A stretch of 64,000 nucleotides of DNA from Camelus ferus (lineage: Eukaryota): contig NC_045696.1 in NCBI RefSeq assembly GCF_009834535.1, positions 65,598,001 through 65,662,000 on the forward strand. Direction: 5' to 3'. How positions within the stretch are numbered: the stretch's first letter is position 1; each line of letters starts with the position of its first letter. The notes under the pieces are model-generated. The model saw only the letters and a program-made list of their open reading frames with translations, was not told where the DNA came from and ran no database searches. Below are positions 41,300-54,213 of this stretch, piece by piece. The translations under genes were made by a program, and so were the position numbers.

Positions 41300-42260
41300 G
41301 AAATATAATGCCTAGTTCTCTCATTTAGGACCTATAATCCGTCACTCTCTAAATTCTGACATATAATCACAGTGCTTCGTCTCGATAATCTCTGAACTTA
41401 AACTCATTATCACTGCCTACTTCTTAAACTTCTGCATCACCCAGAGAACTGGCCTTGATAAAAGAGCACTGAGAAAAATGTAAAAGGCAGCAGTTTAGAA
41501 CTCTGGACTATTCTGGCTCTAGCTCTCATCTTCACTACGTTTGACACTGAGCCTCCCATACAAATCAAATCTGCCTCTTCTAAGTCCACTAACACTCCCC
41601 TGAACTCGGGCCCCATCCCCTCCCTCCTCTCTCTCTGTCTACCAACCCCTGTCCCCAGTTCAAGCCTCCTCATCTCTTAATTTGACCACTGTTCCCTTCA
41701 ATCTTGCCCCCTCTGATCCTTTACCCCAGAGGTCCCAAAATGAAAATCTAAAACTCCTTTGATGGCCCTCTATCACTTACAAAATCTACAAAACCTAAAT
41801 TCTTTAACATAACCATGTGACCTTCTGGTCCAACTTTTGACTGCTTTTCTGGCCTCATCTCCTGTCTATGCCTCTAATTATATTCTCCACTCTAGCAATA
41901 CTGTACACCTTTCAGCTACTGTGAGATTCCAGGTCCTTTTACCTCTTACCTTGATGACTGCTATGCTCTTTGGCTAGAACAGTTTTTCCCAGTTACCACT
42001 ATAAACTCCCAGTTGACCATCAGGGTTTGGATTAAATACATAACCTGCATTGGGATAGCTTTCCCAGTCTCTACTAATCTTCATAGGCATGGAACCTACC
42101 ATTTAATCTCCTGTGCCTTGTGCACCTATCTCTAGATATAGAATGCTCAGAGTTTTTTCCAGAGGCCTTTAAGGGCAATGGCTAAGTTTTATTCATGTCT
42201 ATGCTCTCTGGTGCCTTTCGTGGTGTCATGGTTAACACGTGTCAATAAGGATGTTCATGT
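41300..42260 (+). mobile_element. L2 LINE 3' portion (degraded)
   Basis: C/T-rich L2-like tract ending in a tcaataa..atgtt terminus. Confidence 0.55.
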
Positions 42261-43143
42261 ACAAAATAAGGAAGCTCAATAAAATCATGAATAGAGTCCT
42301 CTCTGCAAATAATAAAACAGAAAGATAAATCTTTCCTCCAAGTCAGCAAAAGTGATGGGCTTTCCTGTTTATCTAAACACGACAACGAAAGTTAAATCGA
42401 GGGGTCCCTTCACGTCTTCCTTTACCCCTCCCTCTTCAAAACAGTATCTTGTGGTTATGTTCACCATTAGAGACTTTAGGTACAAAAGCCTCTCTCAAAG
42501 AAGAAATATACCCTGTAAGCTTTTAAAACACTGAAAAAGAATAAAAAGTCATTGTGCTGGAAGAGACCTTAGATAGGATCTTTCCATTTAGGAGGAGACT
42601 GAGAAATAACTTTAGTCAGAGACTGAAGTTATGAAGAGAACTGAGGGGACAATTCAGAGCTTTCTAAAAGACTCTGCCTCTGTTTAAAAAGAAAGGGGTT
42701 CAAAGGAAAAAAAAAAAAAAAAAGCAAACTGCTAGGAAATAGCAAAGGAACTCAATACAACTCATAGACTTCTTTGATATCCAGTATTCCGCTGGATTCC
42801 CCGAAACCACCCGTGAGGCAGAGGGCCTAGCGAACATTTCCTCATGTGCAGGGAAGGAAAACTGACTCAGAGAGGCCGACCAAATGGCTCTGAGTCATCC
42901 AGCAAGAAGTGTGAATGGTTCACATCAGAATCCGCATTTCCCAAAACCTAGATTCCAACAACAAAGAAAAATTTTCAAATGGAAGAAAACTATGGGACAG
43001 CCACTCTAGGACTTGTAATCTAATAGTGAAAGGAGTCAGAGGGACAGATGGAGAGCCCTCTTCCCTGCCCTGGCTGCTGCCTCCAGAGAAAGCCCATCCT
43101 GGCGTGACTCTCCCACCACCCCCTCCCCGTCCCCGGTCCTCAC

Positions 43144-43270
43144 AGGTCCTTGTAGCGCTTCTGCAGCTGGGCCTGCGCCTTCAGATCTTCCTCTTGAAGC
43201 TGCTTGGCCACCTGGAGGTCATGCTGGACCAGACGGTTCCGCTGAACATTTGATGCCAAATGGTGCTCAA
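43144..43270 (-). CDS. CCDC50: CCDC50 exon 3 (127 nt, phase 1-2): [43 protein letters not shown]
   Basis: ttccag|TTGAGCACC...AAGGACCT|gtgagg; frame continues from exon 2. Confidence 0.97.
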
Positions 43271-43364
43271 CTGGAAATAAAGATGGGAGAGAGGAATTAC
43301 AATGCTTTTGCTTGTTGAAAATAAACCTAAGAATAAACCCGAGACGACCCTTTCCATTAAAAAG

Positions 43365-43565
43365 AGCTTCACATCCATCATTTCATCTTATGCTCTCAAC
43401 AACACTGTATAATAGGCAGCATGGGAGTTTTTATTCTCATCTTTCCATTAAGTAAAAAGAGGATCAGAGAGGTTAAGTAATCTGTTTTTGGTCACGTGGC
43501 AAAACAGTGGCACTGCCAGGACTTATACTCATGTAATCTGAAGCCAGGGCTGGCACTCTTTCTGT
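43365..43565 (-). mobile_element. MIR SINE
   Basis: gcttcacatccatcatttcat...cagagaggttaagtaa...ggtcac...cagtggcactgccagga. Confidence 0.65.
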
Positions 43566-44114
43566 TCCACAAGTTGACACTTTACTTATAAACGGCATTG
43601 TTCAATGCTGAATTTTTATATTGACACACGAATTTAATGATTCACAGACTAGGTATTCACAAAGACATACCTTTGTATAACCACGTATAACTTCGATTCA
43701 CTTTCCATAATCACATATATAAATATTCAGAAAAAATCTATCTAAATACTTCATTGTCTGGGAAAAGATGTCCAGGCCCCTAGCAGGGGAAGGAATATGT
43801 CTCTCTGCCAGCCTTCTCCACACCCCAGATACATGTATAACCAGTGTCTCCCTCCTACTACACTAAAGCAAAAGAAATGGTTCAAGTCCCTCTTTTCCTC
43901 TGATAAGCCCAACAGTCCTCTCATTGGTGGCAGCTGTACAACTTCAAAACACCCAGAACTTCATTCTTCACTGAGGTGTCATTTACCTAGACAGATCCCT
44001 CAGGGAGGATGGGTGGTGCAGCCCGATGACTGTTTTCTCCAGGCCTCACCCTAAGAAATCTGCCTCGAGCTACCACTAAAAAAGGCGCATATTCATGAGG
44101 CTATGATTACTCAC

Positions 44115-44177
44115 TCTCTTGTTCCTGCAGGCTGTGGGCCAGGGTGTGGTCCTCCAGGACAGCAAAATCTCGGCACA
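44115..44177 (-). CDS. CCDC50: CCDC50 coding exon 2 (63 nt, phase 1-1): (V)[20 protein letters not shown]
   Basis: Minus strand reads ctgcag|TGTGCCGAGATTTTGCT...GAACAAGAGA|gtgagt; translation matches the recalled CCDC50 N-terminus. Confidence 0.96.
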
Positions 44178-46014
44178 CTGCAGAGGATGAGGGAAAAGGG
44201 CAGACAGGAAGGCTCGTTAATAGTGCTTTAACATAAAAAGAAAAGGATTCTGTTCAGGACTTCAAAAAACCAATTCTGATATTTCAGGATGATCACCTTT
44301 ATAACAGGCAAGACACCAAATACTGACTAGTCAGTATAAAGTCTTCATTCACAAAAACCCACATAGTACCTGCTCAGTGCCAAGCATAAGGTATTACAAA
44401 CTAATGGCTGGCTCTGGTCCCTGGCCTAAGGCTATGAGCCACAGAATCAGAACCCAGAAGTCCAGAAGTTTTAACCCACTTCTACAAAGGGAGGGCAAGC
44501 ACTATTGTAATAATAAAAGACACAAGAATGTTTTGCAGATTGCAGCTGAGAAAAACCTGAGCTTTTGCATGGTCAGAGGAGTTAAAAGAAATCTAGCCTC
44601 TGCCTCAGCCATCTGGGGTTCCTCCCAGAGACTTAATGTCTGTCTATCCTGGTGCTCTTAAGGAAAAACACATCTTTCTTATTAGTCCCTTAGGCGGGAA
44701 CAGGATAATCACATTCTTCCATGGGTCCACACCCTCAGACAGGAGTTAGAACTGGTTCTCTAGGTCTCTCTAAATGCAGAGCTGCCTAAAAAGAATCCAC
44801 AAACCAAAAAGACAGTGGGAACCTTGGAGGATACCAGGCATCTGCCTCAACTCTGCCCCAACTCTGCCTCTACCTGGAGATGCAGGCAAGCGCATTTTCT
44901 GGTCTATTCTCTGACACAAATAGGAAGATGGCCTCAAAGGTCCATTCTACTACCCGAAACTGCAATTTAAACTCCTCCTTAAAACAAACAAAGGCATGAA
45001 GGACTCCTATCACGAAAGATGCTGTTTTGTTTGTTTTAAGGACATGTAGTTTAGGTGATGTGTTCTTATTCTATTCCAAACATGCAACTCACATTAAAGA
45101 GGAAAGTTCCCAAAGCCTCAGACTACTGCCATGTGCAGGACTCGTGAAACTATTTTCTGGTCCTTACTGGAGTTTCTGGATTTCTTTCTGCAGCTCTGGC
45201 TTTGTCTGTGAGGACATTTAAGTAAAGCGGACTAAAGAAACATCCCTTTGCCATTCTTAGCTCTTAGATCTGTTCACATACACACAGTCACACAGCCCCA
45301 TCCCTGAGAGAGAGTACAACAAAAAGGCAGACAGAGCTTGGTGTCATCAAGATTACTCTGGAAAGGTCTTATGATGGAAAAATCATTTATGCCTAAGAAC
45401 TATATTCAACCAAATATGACCTGCTTACCCCTTGCTCAAATGCAACTACAAAACCAGTGATTCCATTACAAAGTCCCGTTCTTTTACATCAGATATATAT
45501 ATTCTCAGCAGATTCTAACAACTTGAGGCTGGGGTCAAAGTTCCCCGACATCTCACAAAATGAACGTGCTTTCAAGAGGAGCTAGTTAAACCGCTTATTT
45601 AATAGGGGAGGAAAATGAGGGCCAAAAGGCAGAAAGGACTTATCAAGCCTACAAACATAGTTTATTGGTGGCAGGACTGGGAATCAGCTTCTGAGCAAGC
45701 AAGTTTTTTCTTTTTTTTTTTTTTGACACCATGACAGCCCTCCTCGACTCCTGGTAAACCACAGACAGAACAGACTGAAGGGAGACATTTTACACTGACC
45801 AGCATGCATTCTCTAAAACACTCGGCTAATTAATTAAATGGCTAAGACATAGAAGGATTTAATTCATAGAAAACAAATATTCAGAATGAATTAGCCAAAA
45901 TGAATGTAATGAAACTTTATACAAAAGAATGCTAATACCCTACCTTATTATTTGAAGCATTTTTATTTTACTACAAAAGCTTATATTTGTATACTAAAGT
46001 CAGTATTAATTTTA

Positions 46015-46360
46015 GACCAAGATTCAGTTTTTTAGATTAACCTATTATTAGATCATAAAATCAATTTACTGAGTCTGGGACAAGCATTTCAGAATGAATA
46101 GGCTAGAAAATATAGAGTATATCACACACAGGGTATATGTACTATATCACACAGTGTAAACTATGGTTTGGAGAAATTTTTTTCAGTTTTACATATACAT
46201 ACATGTGCATATGATACATACAAATATATGTGTATATGATACATATAATATATGTGTATATGACACATACACATACGTGTGTATATGATACATATTAGGT
46301 CACAATGTAAAACATTATCACTTGGCAGATTACATTCAAAAAAGTTTAAAAGTCACTTCA
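46015..46360. mobile_element. hAT-Charlie-type non-autonomous DNA element containing a ~25-bp AT-rich tandem repeat (about 4 copies, 46201-46294)
   Basis: aaatcaatttactgagtc...ggtcacaatgtaaaa...aaaaaagtttaaaagtcact; repeat unit atatgtgtatatgatacatacaaat. Confidence 0.55.
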
Positions 46361-48280
46361 ATTTATGTTATTAGGGCAGAAAATTATGCCAAAATAATGG
46401 ATTTTATACACCTTTAATATCATGCTGAATAAAACAAAAATAATAAAATGTCTTTATGTGGGTAACCATGTGAAAAACTGCAGTAATGTTATTTTATTTT
46501 AGCATGACATTAAAAATATCATGTTTATGGATACATACACCTGTAGTAAAAACATGTTTTTAATATTTGGCACTGACACAAACCTAACTGAGAACAGTGG
46601 TTACCTGAGAGAGAGGAGCAAAGGGCAGAAGATCCTTCACCACATATGCTGCTCCCACTGCTTTACAAACAAAGCAGAGAAGACTGATGCAAATGAGGCA
46701 AAATATTAACATTGATTAAACTGGGTGGTAGGTTCCTCGGTTTCTGTATTTTCTGTGTTTTCTGTAATGCTCTCTACATATTACATTTAAATTCTATAAT
46801 TAAATACAAAAATTTTTAATTCACATCTTTTATTTCATCAACAGCATATATTTCTAAACCCTAAACATGAAGACACATTTGACATACCACTACAAGCCAA
46901 GGAATTTATGAATTACTGATAGACATAATAATGACTCATCTCAATGCTTTCTTAATGTTTAAAAAGCAAGACTAAAGTGTATTCAGTTATTGTGATTTGA
47001 CTCTGGATTACAACAGCTTACAAGAGCAAAAGTTTCTTTACAATCCTTGAGCCACAAGTGAAATGATCAGGCAGGAGGAAAACTTTGGATGGAAGTCTTG
47101 TCATCAAAAATAAATAGTTTCATGAAGCTGCTTGAGATCTGAACCAAACTAAAAACAAGAAGGTGGGGGGCTTGAAACATTTGAAGAACTCCCTGCCCAC
47201 AATTCTGCAGCACTGTGGGCCGAGGGAGGGAGGGCAGGAGACCTTGGCCACACCATCTCGGAGCAGGAAGTCATGGCTGGATAGGAAAAGATCTAGTTCT
47301 GATGATGCAGAACCGCACTTGTGACACCAGAGCTGGGTCCGAGGAGCAGGGCAGGAGGATGGTGGTGGCAGAGCACAACCTTACTTAAGGCAGAGGCTGA
47401 ATTGGTACCCACAAAATATGGGCAGGGCCTGAGCTACAAAAGATCCTAGAAGATCTTCCAGGACTACAAGGAGGCACACACACTCATACACACACGGAGC
47501 TATACTGTTAATAGACTGAGCACTTCAAAGTTTACTAAGAACTTCCATATATATTACCTCATTTACACCAAAATATATTTGCCTATTAATCCATAATTCC
47601 TTATGTATCCACTCTAGTTCCTTCCAAAATCTGCCTCTGTAGTCCCTGCCTTGCTACTCTAACTCACGCTGGAAAAGTCACACATGCAGCCACCTCTGTA
47701 AATCAGTAACCAGGCTGGGAATGACAGAAAACATTTCTCAGCCAGGACAAGTTCAGAGCGTGGATTTTGCTCCTCCTCTAATCTACTCCACTCTGAAGTA
47801 AGCAGCTGTAAACAGCACTGAGGATAAATGGGCATACTCATCTCACTACGTTTGCCTGCAGGCACATTTAAGAGGAACCATCGGACACTGGGCTTTTATG
47901 ATCACACTTCTCAAACTTTTTGCCTCCTATGTTGACTTTCATTGACCCCAATCTCAGGCTGATCTTTTTCCCATTAAGCCAACCCCATCAGTCTCCTTCA
48001 TTCCCATCCAGACCTCAAGGGCCCTATAATCTCTGTACCTTCCACACAATTAGCACTGAATATAGTATATAATAAGACGTCAAGAGATGCTCCTTAATAG
48101 AAAAAAATGAAGAAAAACTGGTTAATAAAGACAAAAAACAGTAAGAGTTCCACAAAGGAGGAAAACAATGTTAAGAACAGAATTAAGCTCTGCTGTTCAT
48201 GACAGCATCACAGAGACTTGTAAAAACTTTTAGACAATTTAATAAAAACTAGAAGCCTCTCCCATTCCCATTAAAAGAAA

Positions 48281-48411
48281 GCTATATTCGACATCTTACA
48301 GTAACCTATAGTGAAAAAGAATATGGAAAGGAATGTATGTATGCCTGAAACATTATGCTGTACACCAGAAATTGATACAGCATATTAACTGACTATACTT
48401 CAATAAAAAAT
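48281..48411 (+). mobile_element. Very short 5'-truncated L1 3' end with A-rich tail and apparent TSD (aaagaaa)
   Basis: gtaacctatagtgaaaaagaatat...tgctgtacaccagaaattga...tatacttcaataaaaaa; tt/aaaa site at 48271. Confidence 0.8.
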
Positions 48412-49384
48412 AAAGAAATAGACCTTTAGTGATTTTTTAAAATCCAGATATGTACATGTATATGGTGAATTAGTTTACATTAAGCCAAGCAGGTCTCAGA
48501 AATGGGAAGTAAGATTCACTTAGACAAACACACACACACCCCCATCAATTTTCCTTGAAAAGAAAGATCATTTTCATTCCTCTGTGGATCCCCCTAAATA
48601 AACAAACGGCATAGTCTGCACGTAGTAAACACATTTATCCAACAAACATTTGCTGAATTCTATTATTAGGATGAATAAGTCATTTACAAGCCATCAAGGA
48701 GGTAGAAATGACAGAAAGGTAAATAAGCATAATATAAAACTTGATAAAGGTTATAAAGATGTGTAGAAAATTCTTTGAAGTCATAAACATGGAGCAGTTA
48801 TACCTGTTATAAGCTGGGGTAGCTGTAAGCAGTGGAGGTGACTTGGCAGGGTGGTATCAGGAAACCTTAAAGTAGTTAACATACAAAACCAATCTCAAAG
48901 AAACATGGTGCCCATGGGCACCAGTGGTAAGCATTCTTAGAAGGACCAGCTAACTTTCTACAAGCTAGAAGAGGAGAGAAATCATTCTCTTTTTGTCATT
49001 TTTTTACCTACATCTCAAAACTTGCTGAAAATACAGTTTTTGTGACTCAATCTTAACAAGCTTCCACTCGCGTAAGAATGCCTGGATTAGTAATACATTC
49101 ACTAGAAACTACTTTTTTCAACTGTGTATTTGCCTTTTATGTTCTGGTATAATTTGGTGAGTTATTCTGTTTTTGTGTAAATGCTATGAGTAGCAGATAG
49201 AACACATACTCATTGCTTTGAGGGCTGCGTTTACATTTGCTTTCCTTTCTTCTGTTCACATGGAAACACCCTCTATGAATGAGGAAGATGTTCCAGACAC
49301 ACACTTTGTCTTGAAAAGTTTGGGAATGATGGGCAACCACACCTGACACTGATACACTACTCTGTAGATTACAATGCACTTTCA

Positions 49385-49540
49385 CACTTACCCTTCCTAA
49401 CCATGTGAAGATACAGGTTTTATCAATATCCTTGTTTTATTTCTGAGGAAATTTAAGGCTCAGAGAAATAAAGTGACTTGACCAAGATAACCCAACAAAT
49501 GAATTGGAACTAACTGAGCTCTTCTAGCCCCAAATACTTC
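49385..49540 (-). mobile_element. MIR SINE
   Basis: tgaggaaatttaaggctcagagaaataaagtgacttgaccaagat. Confidence 0.65.
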
Positions 49541-52500
49541 AACTCAAAAAACTAGACAAAATGGGTCTATGTTAAAGCTTGTCAGAAAAGAGTGGTAATA
49601 TTAAATACTAATTAGGCCAAATATGCATTAGATTCTTTGAAACTGAGAATGAAACAAAATTTAGGTAAGGGTGGTACATGTGTTCAGAAGGTGGGTTCCA
49701 GGTCCTAAAATAGAGCGATAAATATGGGACACAGTTTACTTGGTCTATCTTCCAAGAATAAACCTCTAGCAATAACTGTTGGCCTGTGTTCCCTTCTGAA
49801 AGACAAGGGCAATAAAAAGTTCCTGTCATTTGCACTGTGTTTCATAGGTGACCCACAAAAAAAACCCTAGGCAGTGACTGCAGTGGGAAATTCCAAGGAA
49901 AATCTCCCTGTGGGATCTAACCACTTCCCCCATCTGCCCCACTGTCCATCCAAAGTCAACGACTTTCCTTCCCTTTGGTAAGAGAGTATTGATGAATTTC
50001 AGACTAGTATGTCTAAGAGTTGTTAAAGACAATTTTAGCTAAGAAATGATAACATCTGTAAACCCTGAAGCCTTTTGCTCCCTGCCCTACAAAAGAAATG
50101 TCTCTAATACATTAAAGAAAAGTCTCTTCCCTTTATTTAGAGTTTTAATAAAACTGTCTTAGTAGAAGAGAAATGGGATGCAGGGAAATTGTGAACAGAT
50201 CTCATCCTAACGTGAAATCTTCCACATTCTCAGCCCCACTAAAGCTATTGTACACAGGGGCTGAGATGACATCAACTTCGCCATCCATAATACCAGCACC
50301 CAAACCAATCCCTGACCCCATCACCCGATCAGTGTCTACACCAGCAGCTCAGGAGCTTCTTGGAGATGCTCAGCTATAGAGCAGAGACACTCTCCTAACC
50401 ATTGGCCCCAATTATGAGCCCTGAAATAACAAACACAGCTTTGAGTCACTGGTTACTCTGACAACTGAAATTTCCCACTTTCAGGCAGAAAACTGAAGAC
50501 AATGAGAATAACATGTAAGTAATGTTTGAGCAATTAGTTTATTAGGGCTAAAAGGTAAAGGAAACCCTCAATTCTTCTCTGACTTTTTGGTATCTATAAT
50601 TTCCATCTTGTTGAAATTAACAAAATCCAAGTACAGTATGACAGAGGGAGCAGGGTGGCACCTAATTTGGACTGATGCCAAGGTTGTAAACAAAACAGGA
50701 GTTCCATCCTCATTTACTCTGTCCTAGTCAAATTAGCCAATAGCAGGGCTACTTATCTGATTAAGTGTCCAGATCTTTTCCAGTAAACTATGGTTACTCC
50801 CTCTGTCTGGGAGACAGAAGATCCTTCTGAGCAGAGACCTATAACATAATTAAATCAGACCCACTCTTTGTACTTTTTATCCTTAGAATAATTATCCCCC
50901 CTTACTACACTACCCACAGAGTACATAATTGATTTTTGCAGTTCCTTTATGAAAAACTGATGACTTTCATTCCACAGATTGTACAAATGATTGGGGCATC
51001 GAGTATCATTAACGAATGTTTCAATTGTTTGGGGATTTTTATGTCTATTGGTTTTGGTTTATGTTTTTGTTTTTTTTTTTTGGTTGGCTGGTGTGGGTGT
51101 GAAACAGAATGGGAGAGCCTTGCAAGGCTGAAGGAAGCAGTCACCATGACAAAGATCGTAGCGGGAAGAACTCTATCAGTTCTGTCTGTGGCACCACTCC
51201 ACTGTCTAAAAAATTCTTAACCTTCAAAAACCTCATTCAAATGTCACCTATTAATCCAATCCTATAGCACATAACAACCAAAATCATCACAACTAGTGAA
51301 TTTACTTATTTTTTTCCTCCAGTGATTTCATAACATGTAGTAACATAGCACTGGAGGATTAATCATACTATAAATACTTTTACTCATTTGCTTTCCCAGC
51401 TTATATTCAAGATCCTGAAAGGCAGGAAAAAAATCTTATGGATCATTTTCTCTCTAATACTTATCCTAGGCCCTGGGATAATGATTTTCAAGTAAATCCT
51501 TGTGGAAAGGAGGGCTCCTGAGAAGAATGATGACCAGTATAAATGATGTTCAGTGGAATCTTGCATTTTTTGCAGGTGTGATTCATCCACATTCTCCAGC
51601 TCACATAAACAAAGCTAAGGAGCTGCACAGTCTATCCACACTGCCTTGGGCTTCTGCTCCCATCGCTGCAAATATCAGGTGTATTATAATGGGAAAGCTA
51701 ACTACCTGATAGACTCCTAGAATACCTAGAAAGGTTGTACTTCCAGGTAGGTGGTCAACTGTTGGTCCCTTCAGATGACAATTAAACACACCATTCAAAA
51801 TGGCTCTGAGAGTTGGAATAACATGCCAAAGGTCACAGGTAAACAAGTGGCACTTCCAAAATGAGACACAGGTCTATGAAACACTGTGTGTGTGCATGAG
51901 GACATGGTTGTTAAGCTAAACAACCTGACAGGGTACATAAGATGTATGTGGCATTTTGAAGCAGAATGCATTGTGTGCTGAGGTGCTGGCATGAATCTTC
52001 AGAATCTGGAGTTAGTCCTCTGAGTTACTTGTTTAAAAAAAACTGTCCCATGTCCTCAGAAGTCCTCTATAGCTGCAGGCTGCCACACAGTCCTGAAAAG
52101 TATGTAATGTTAATAAATTAATTGTAAGGTGTAAAAAAAGTCAAGGTTGACAGAATCAAAAAAAAAAGTGGGTGGAAAGAAAAAATTTGAGAAATATAGT
52201 AAACAGAAAGATGCTTTCAGGGTTAATTATCCCTCCAAAAACATTACAGAAAGATAGAAAGCTATCTTCTTCATCAAAAGCTCCACAAAGAACAGAATAG
52301 TATAACTGAAGATTTTCTGCAAAGTTCTACCGAATCTGGTTCTGCTAAAGTCACTACTTTGGTTAGAACTCCGAAGTGTCTTAAGAGTATCAAGAGGTTT
52401 TAATCCCCTCAAAATCTCTCTGAAAATAATAAAGGCCTTGGATGGCAGGTTGAGTTCCCAAGTTTCCTCAAGTATTTCTAAATTTCAATCACTGTTCATG

Positions 52501-53159
52501 AAAAGGTGCTAAATGATTCATCACTTTCTTAAAATTAAAGAAACTGATTATCAGAAGGAGCTCGAACAGATGTCAAGCCCAGCCTTATCCTGTCCAAATA
52601 ACCATCCAGATTCCTCTCAAATACTTCAGCCACAGGCAGCCCACTTCCTTTCAGCACAGCCCCCCAGATAACTATAAAATGGTCTGCAGGTGGACAAGAC
52701 CTGTCACTCTGCAGGCAGGACCCACTGGTCCTAGTTTCAGCCTCGGAGCACTCACGTTCCCTAGATTGTATGTGGGTCTTTTCTATAAACCACTGGCACT
52801 CCAAGTCTGGTGTTTTACACACACTACAGATGGCCAGCCACGTGGTACTTCATATGAGCCATACACAGATGAAATCCTAAAGGTACTCTCCATGATGTGG
52901 GCAGGGCCCAGGGCTGGTTTGTGAGCCTCTCTATAGTATCCTCTGAAAAACCTGACTTTTCAAGTTAGATTTTATTTAGAAAATACTAGAAAGGATAAAC
53001 ATCAAAATCCTAACATTGACTATGTACTATGAATTACCATGTAGCTTATTTTTCTTTAAAAACACTTCTATATTTTCCAATTTATCTACCGTGAAAAGAA
53101 ATCTTATTATTTTAGTGGACCCATCAATAATAGTTTAAGTATGAGTTTTAAACATGTGC

Positions 53160-53161
<2 letters not shown>

Positions 53162-53201
<40 letters not shown>

Positions 53202-53205
53202 ACAC
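53162..53205. repeat. (CA)n microsatellite, about 22 units
   Basis: Directly visible. Confidence 0.95.
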
Positions 53206-54030
53206 CTTGAACAAAAGCACAAGACTGTGCTCAGTGAAGAGACACTTCTAAGAACCGAAACAAGTGATTTAATCCCACCATTTAATTTCGATGCAATTTA
53301 TCAAAATAAGTCCCTGAGCATTTTTTTCTCCTAATTCACCCAATTTAAAGTTAAATGAAAACCCCAGTAACCCAAACCACTTGTTTGGCAAGGAGATGTA
53401 TTACAGCTAACCACAGACAGACTAGTAATTGCAGGCAAGTGGGTTTTGAAAACGCTGAATTAATGTAAGTCCTCAAATCAGAAGTACTACTTTAATATCA
53501 TAGACCACTACATCATTATCAGGAGACCACAGAGTAACTGGGTCACTTATTGGAAAAGTGAAAATGGCTGAGTCAGAAATTTCCATCTGACAGGGTAGAA
53601 GATTGGGGGGTAAAGAAACAGTGAAAAAAGGAAGGAGGGTAGCAGGGTGGAAACAGCTATTTTCTCACTCAGTCTGGTAGAACTGTTGAATAGAGGTAAG
53701 ATTCTGCATCAGGACATATCTGACTCAAGTTATCATAAGTGATAAAAAAACACCCACCAACATAAACGCCCTACAAACTTCCCTGTGCTTCAGGCATAAA
53801 CTTTATGGTACGGTGCTTTGATGCCAAACCTTTTTTGCTGGCAGTAATAAAACAAAAAAGCTACCCAAGAAAAGTTATAACTCTCCAAAACCCCAAGTGA
53901 GGTGCATTCACATGGTCCAATGTTAGATGGAACAGGTATCAGAAAAGACTTCCTTAAGCTGAGCCAAATCTGCATGTTCTATACATCCATCATTATTCTA
54001 TCCACTAGGGTCACAAAAATTTTCTTCTCA

Positions 54031-54213
54031 CAGTATATGGTAGTCACTAGTCACACATAACTATTTCTTTATAATTAACCAAAATTAAATTATAAAAATC
54101 CAGTTCCCTAGTCTCACCAGCCACACTTCCAGCGCTAAATAGCTGTAATGGGGCTGGTGGGGAACACAGAACATCTTCCACCGTCACAGAAGTTCTGTTG
54201 GACAACAGTGCTC
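54031..54213. mobile_element. MER3/MER33-like hAT-Charlie MITE
   Basis: atatggtagtcactagtcaca...ccagccacacttccag...cagaagttctgttggacaacagtgctcta. Confidence 0.75.

Noticed and set aside
42915..43253. 112-aa + strand ORF with Pro run and Leu-rich end
   Set aside because: Antisense to exon 3 and its G-rich flank
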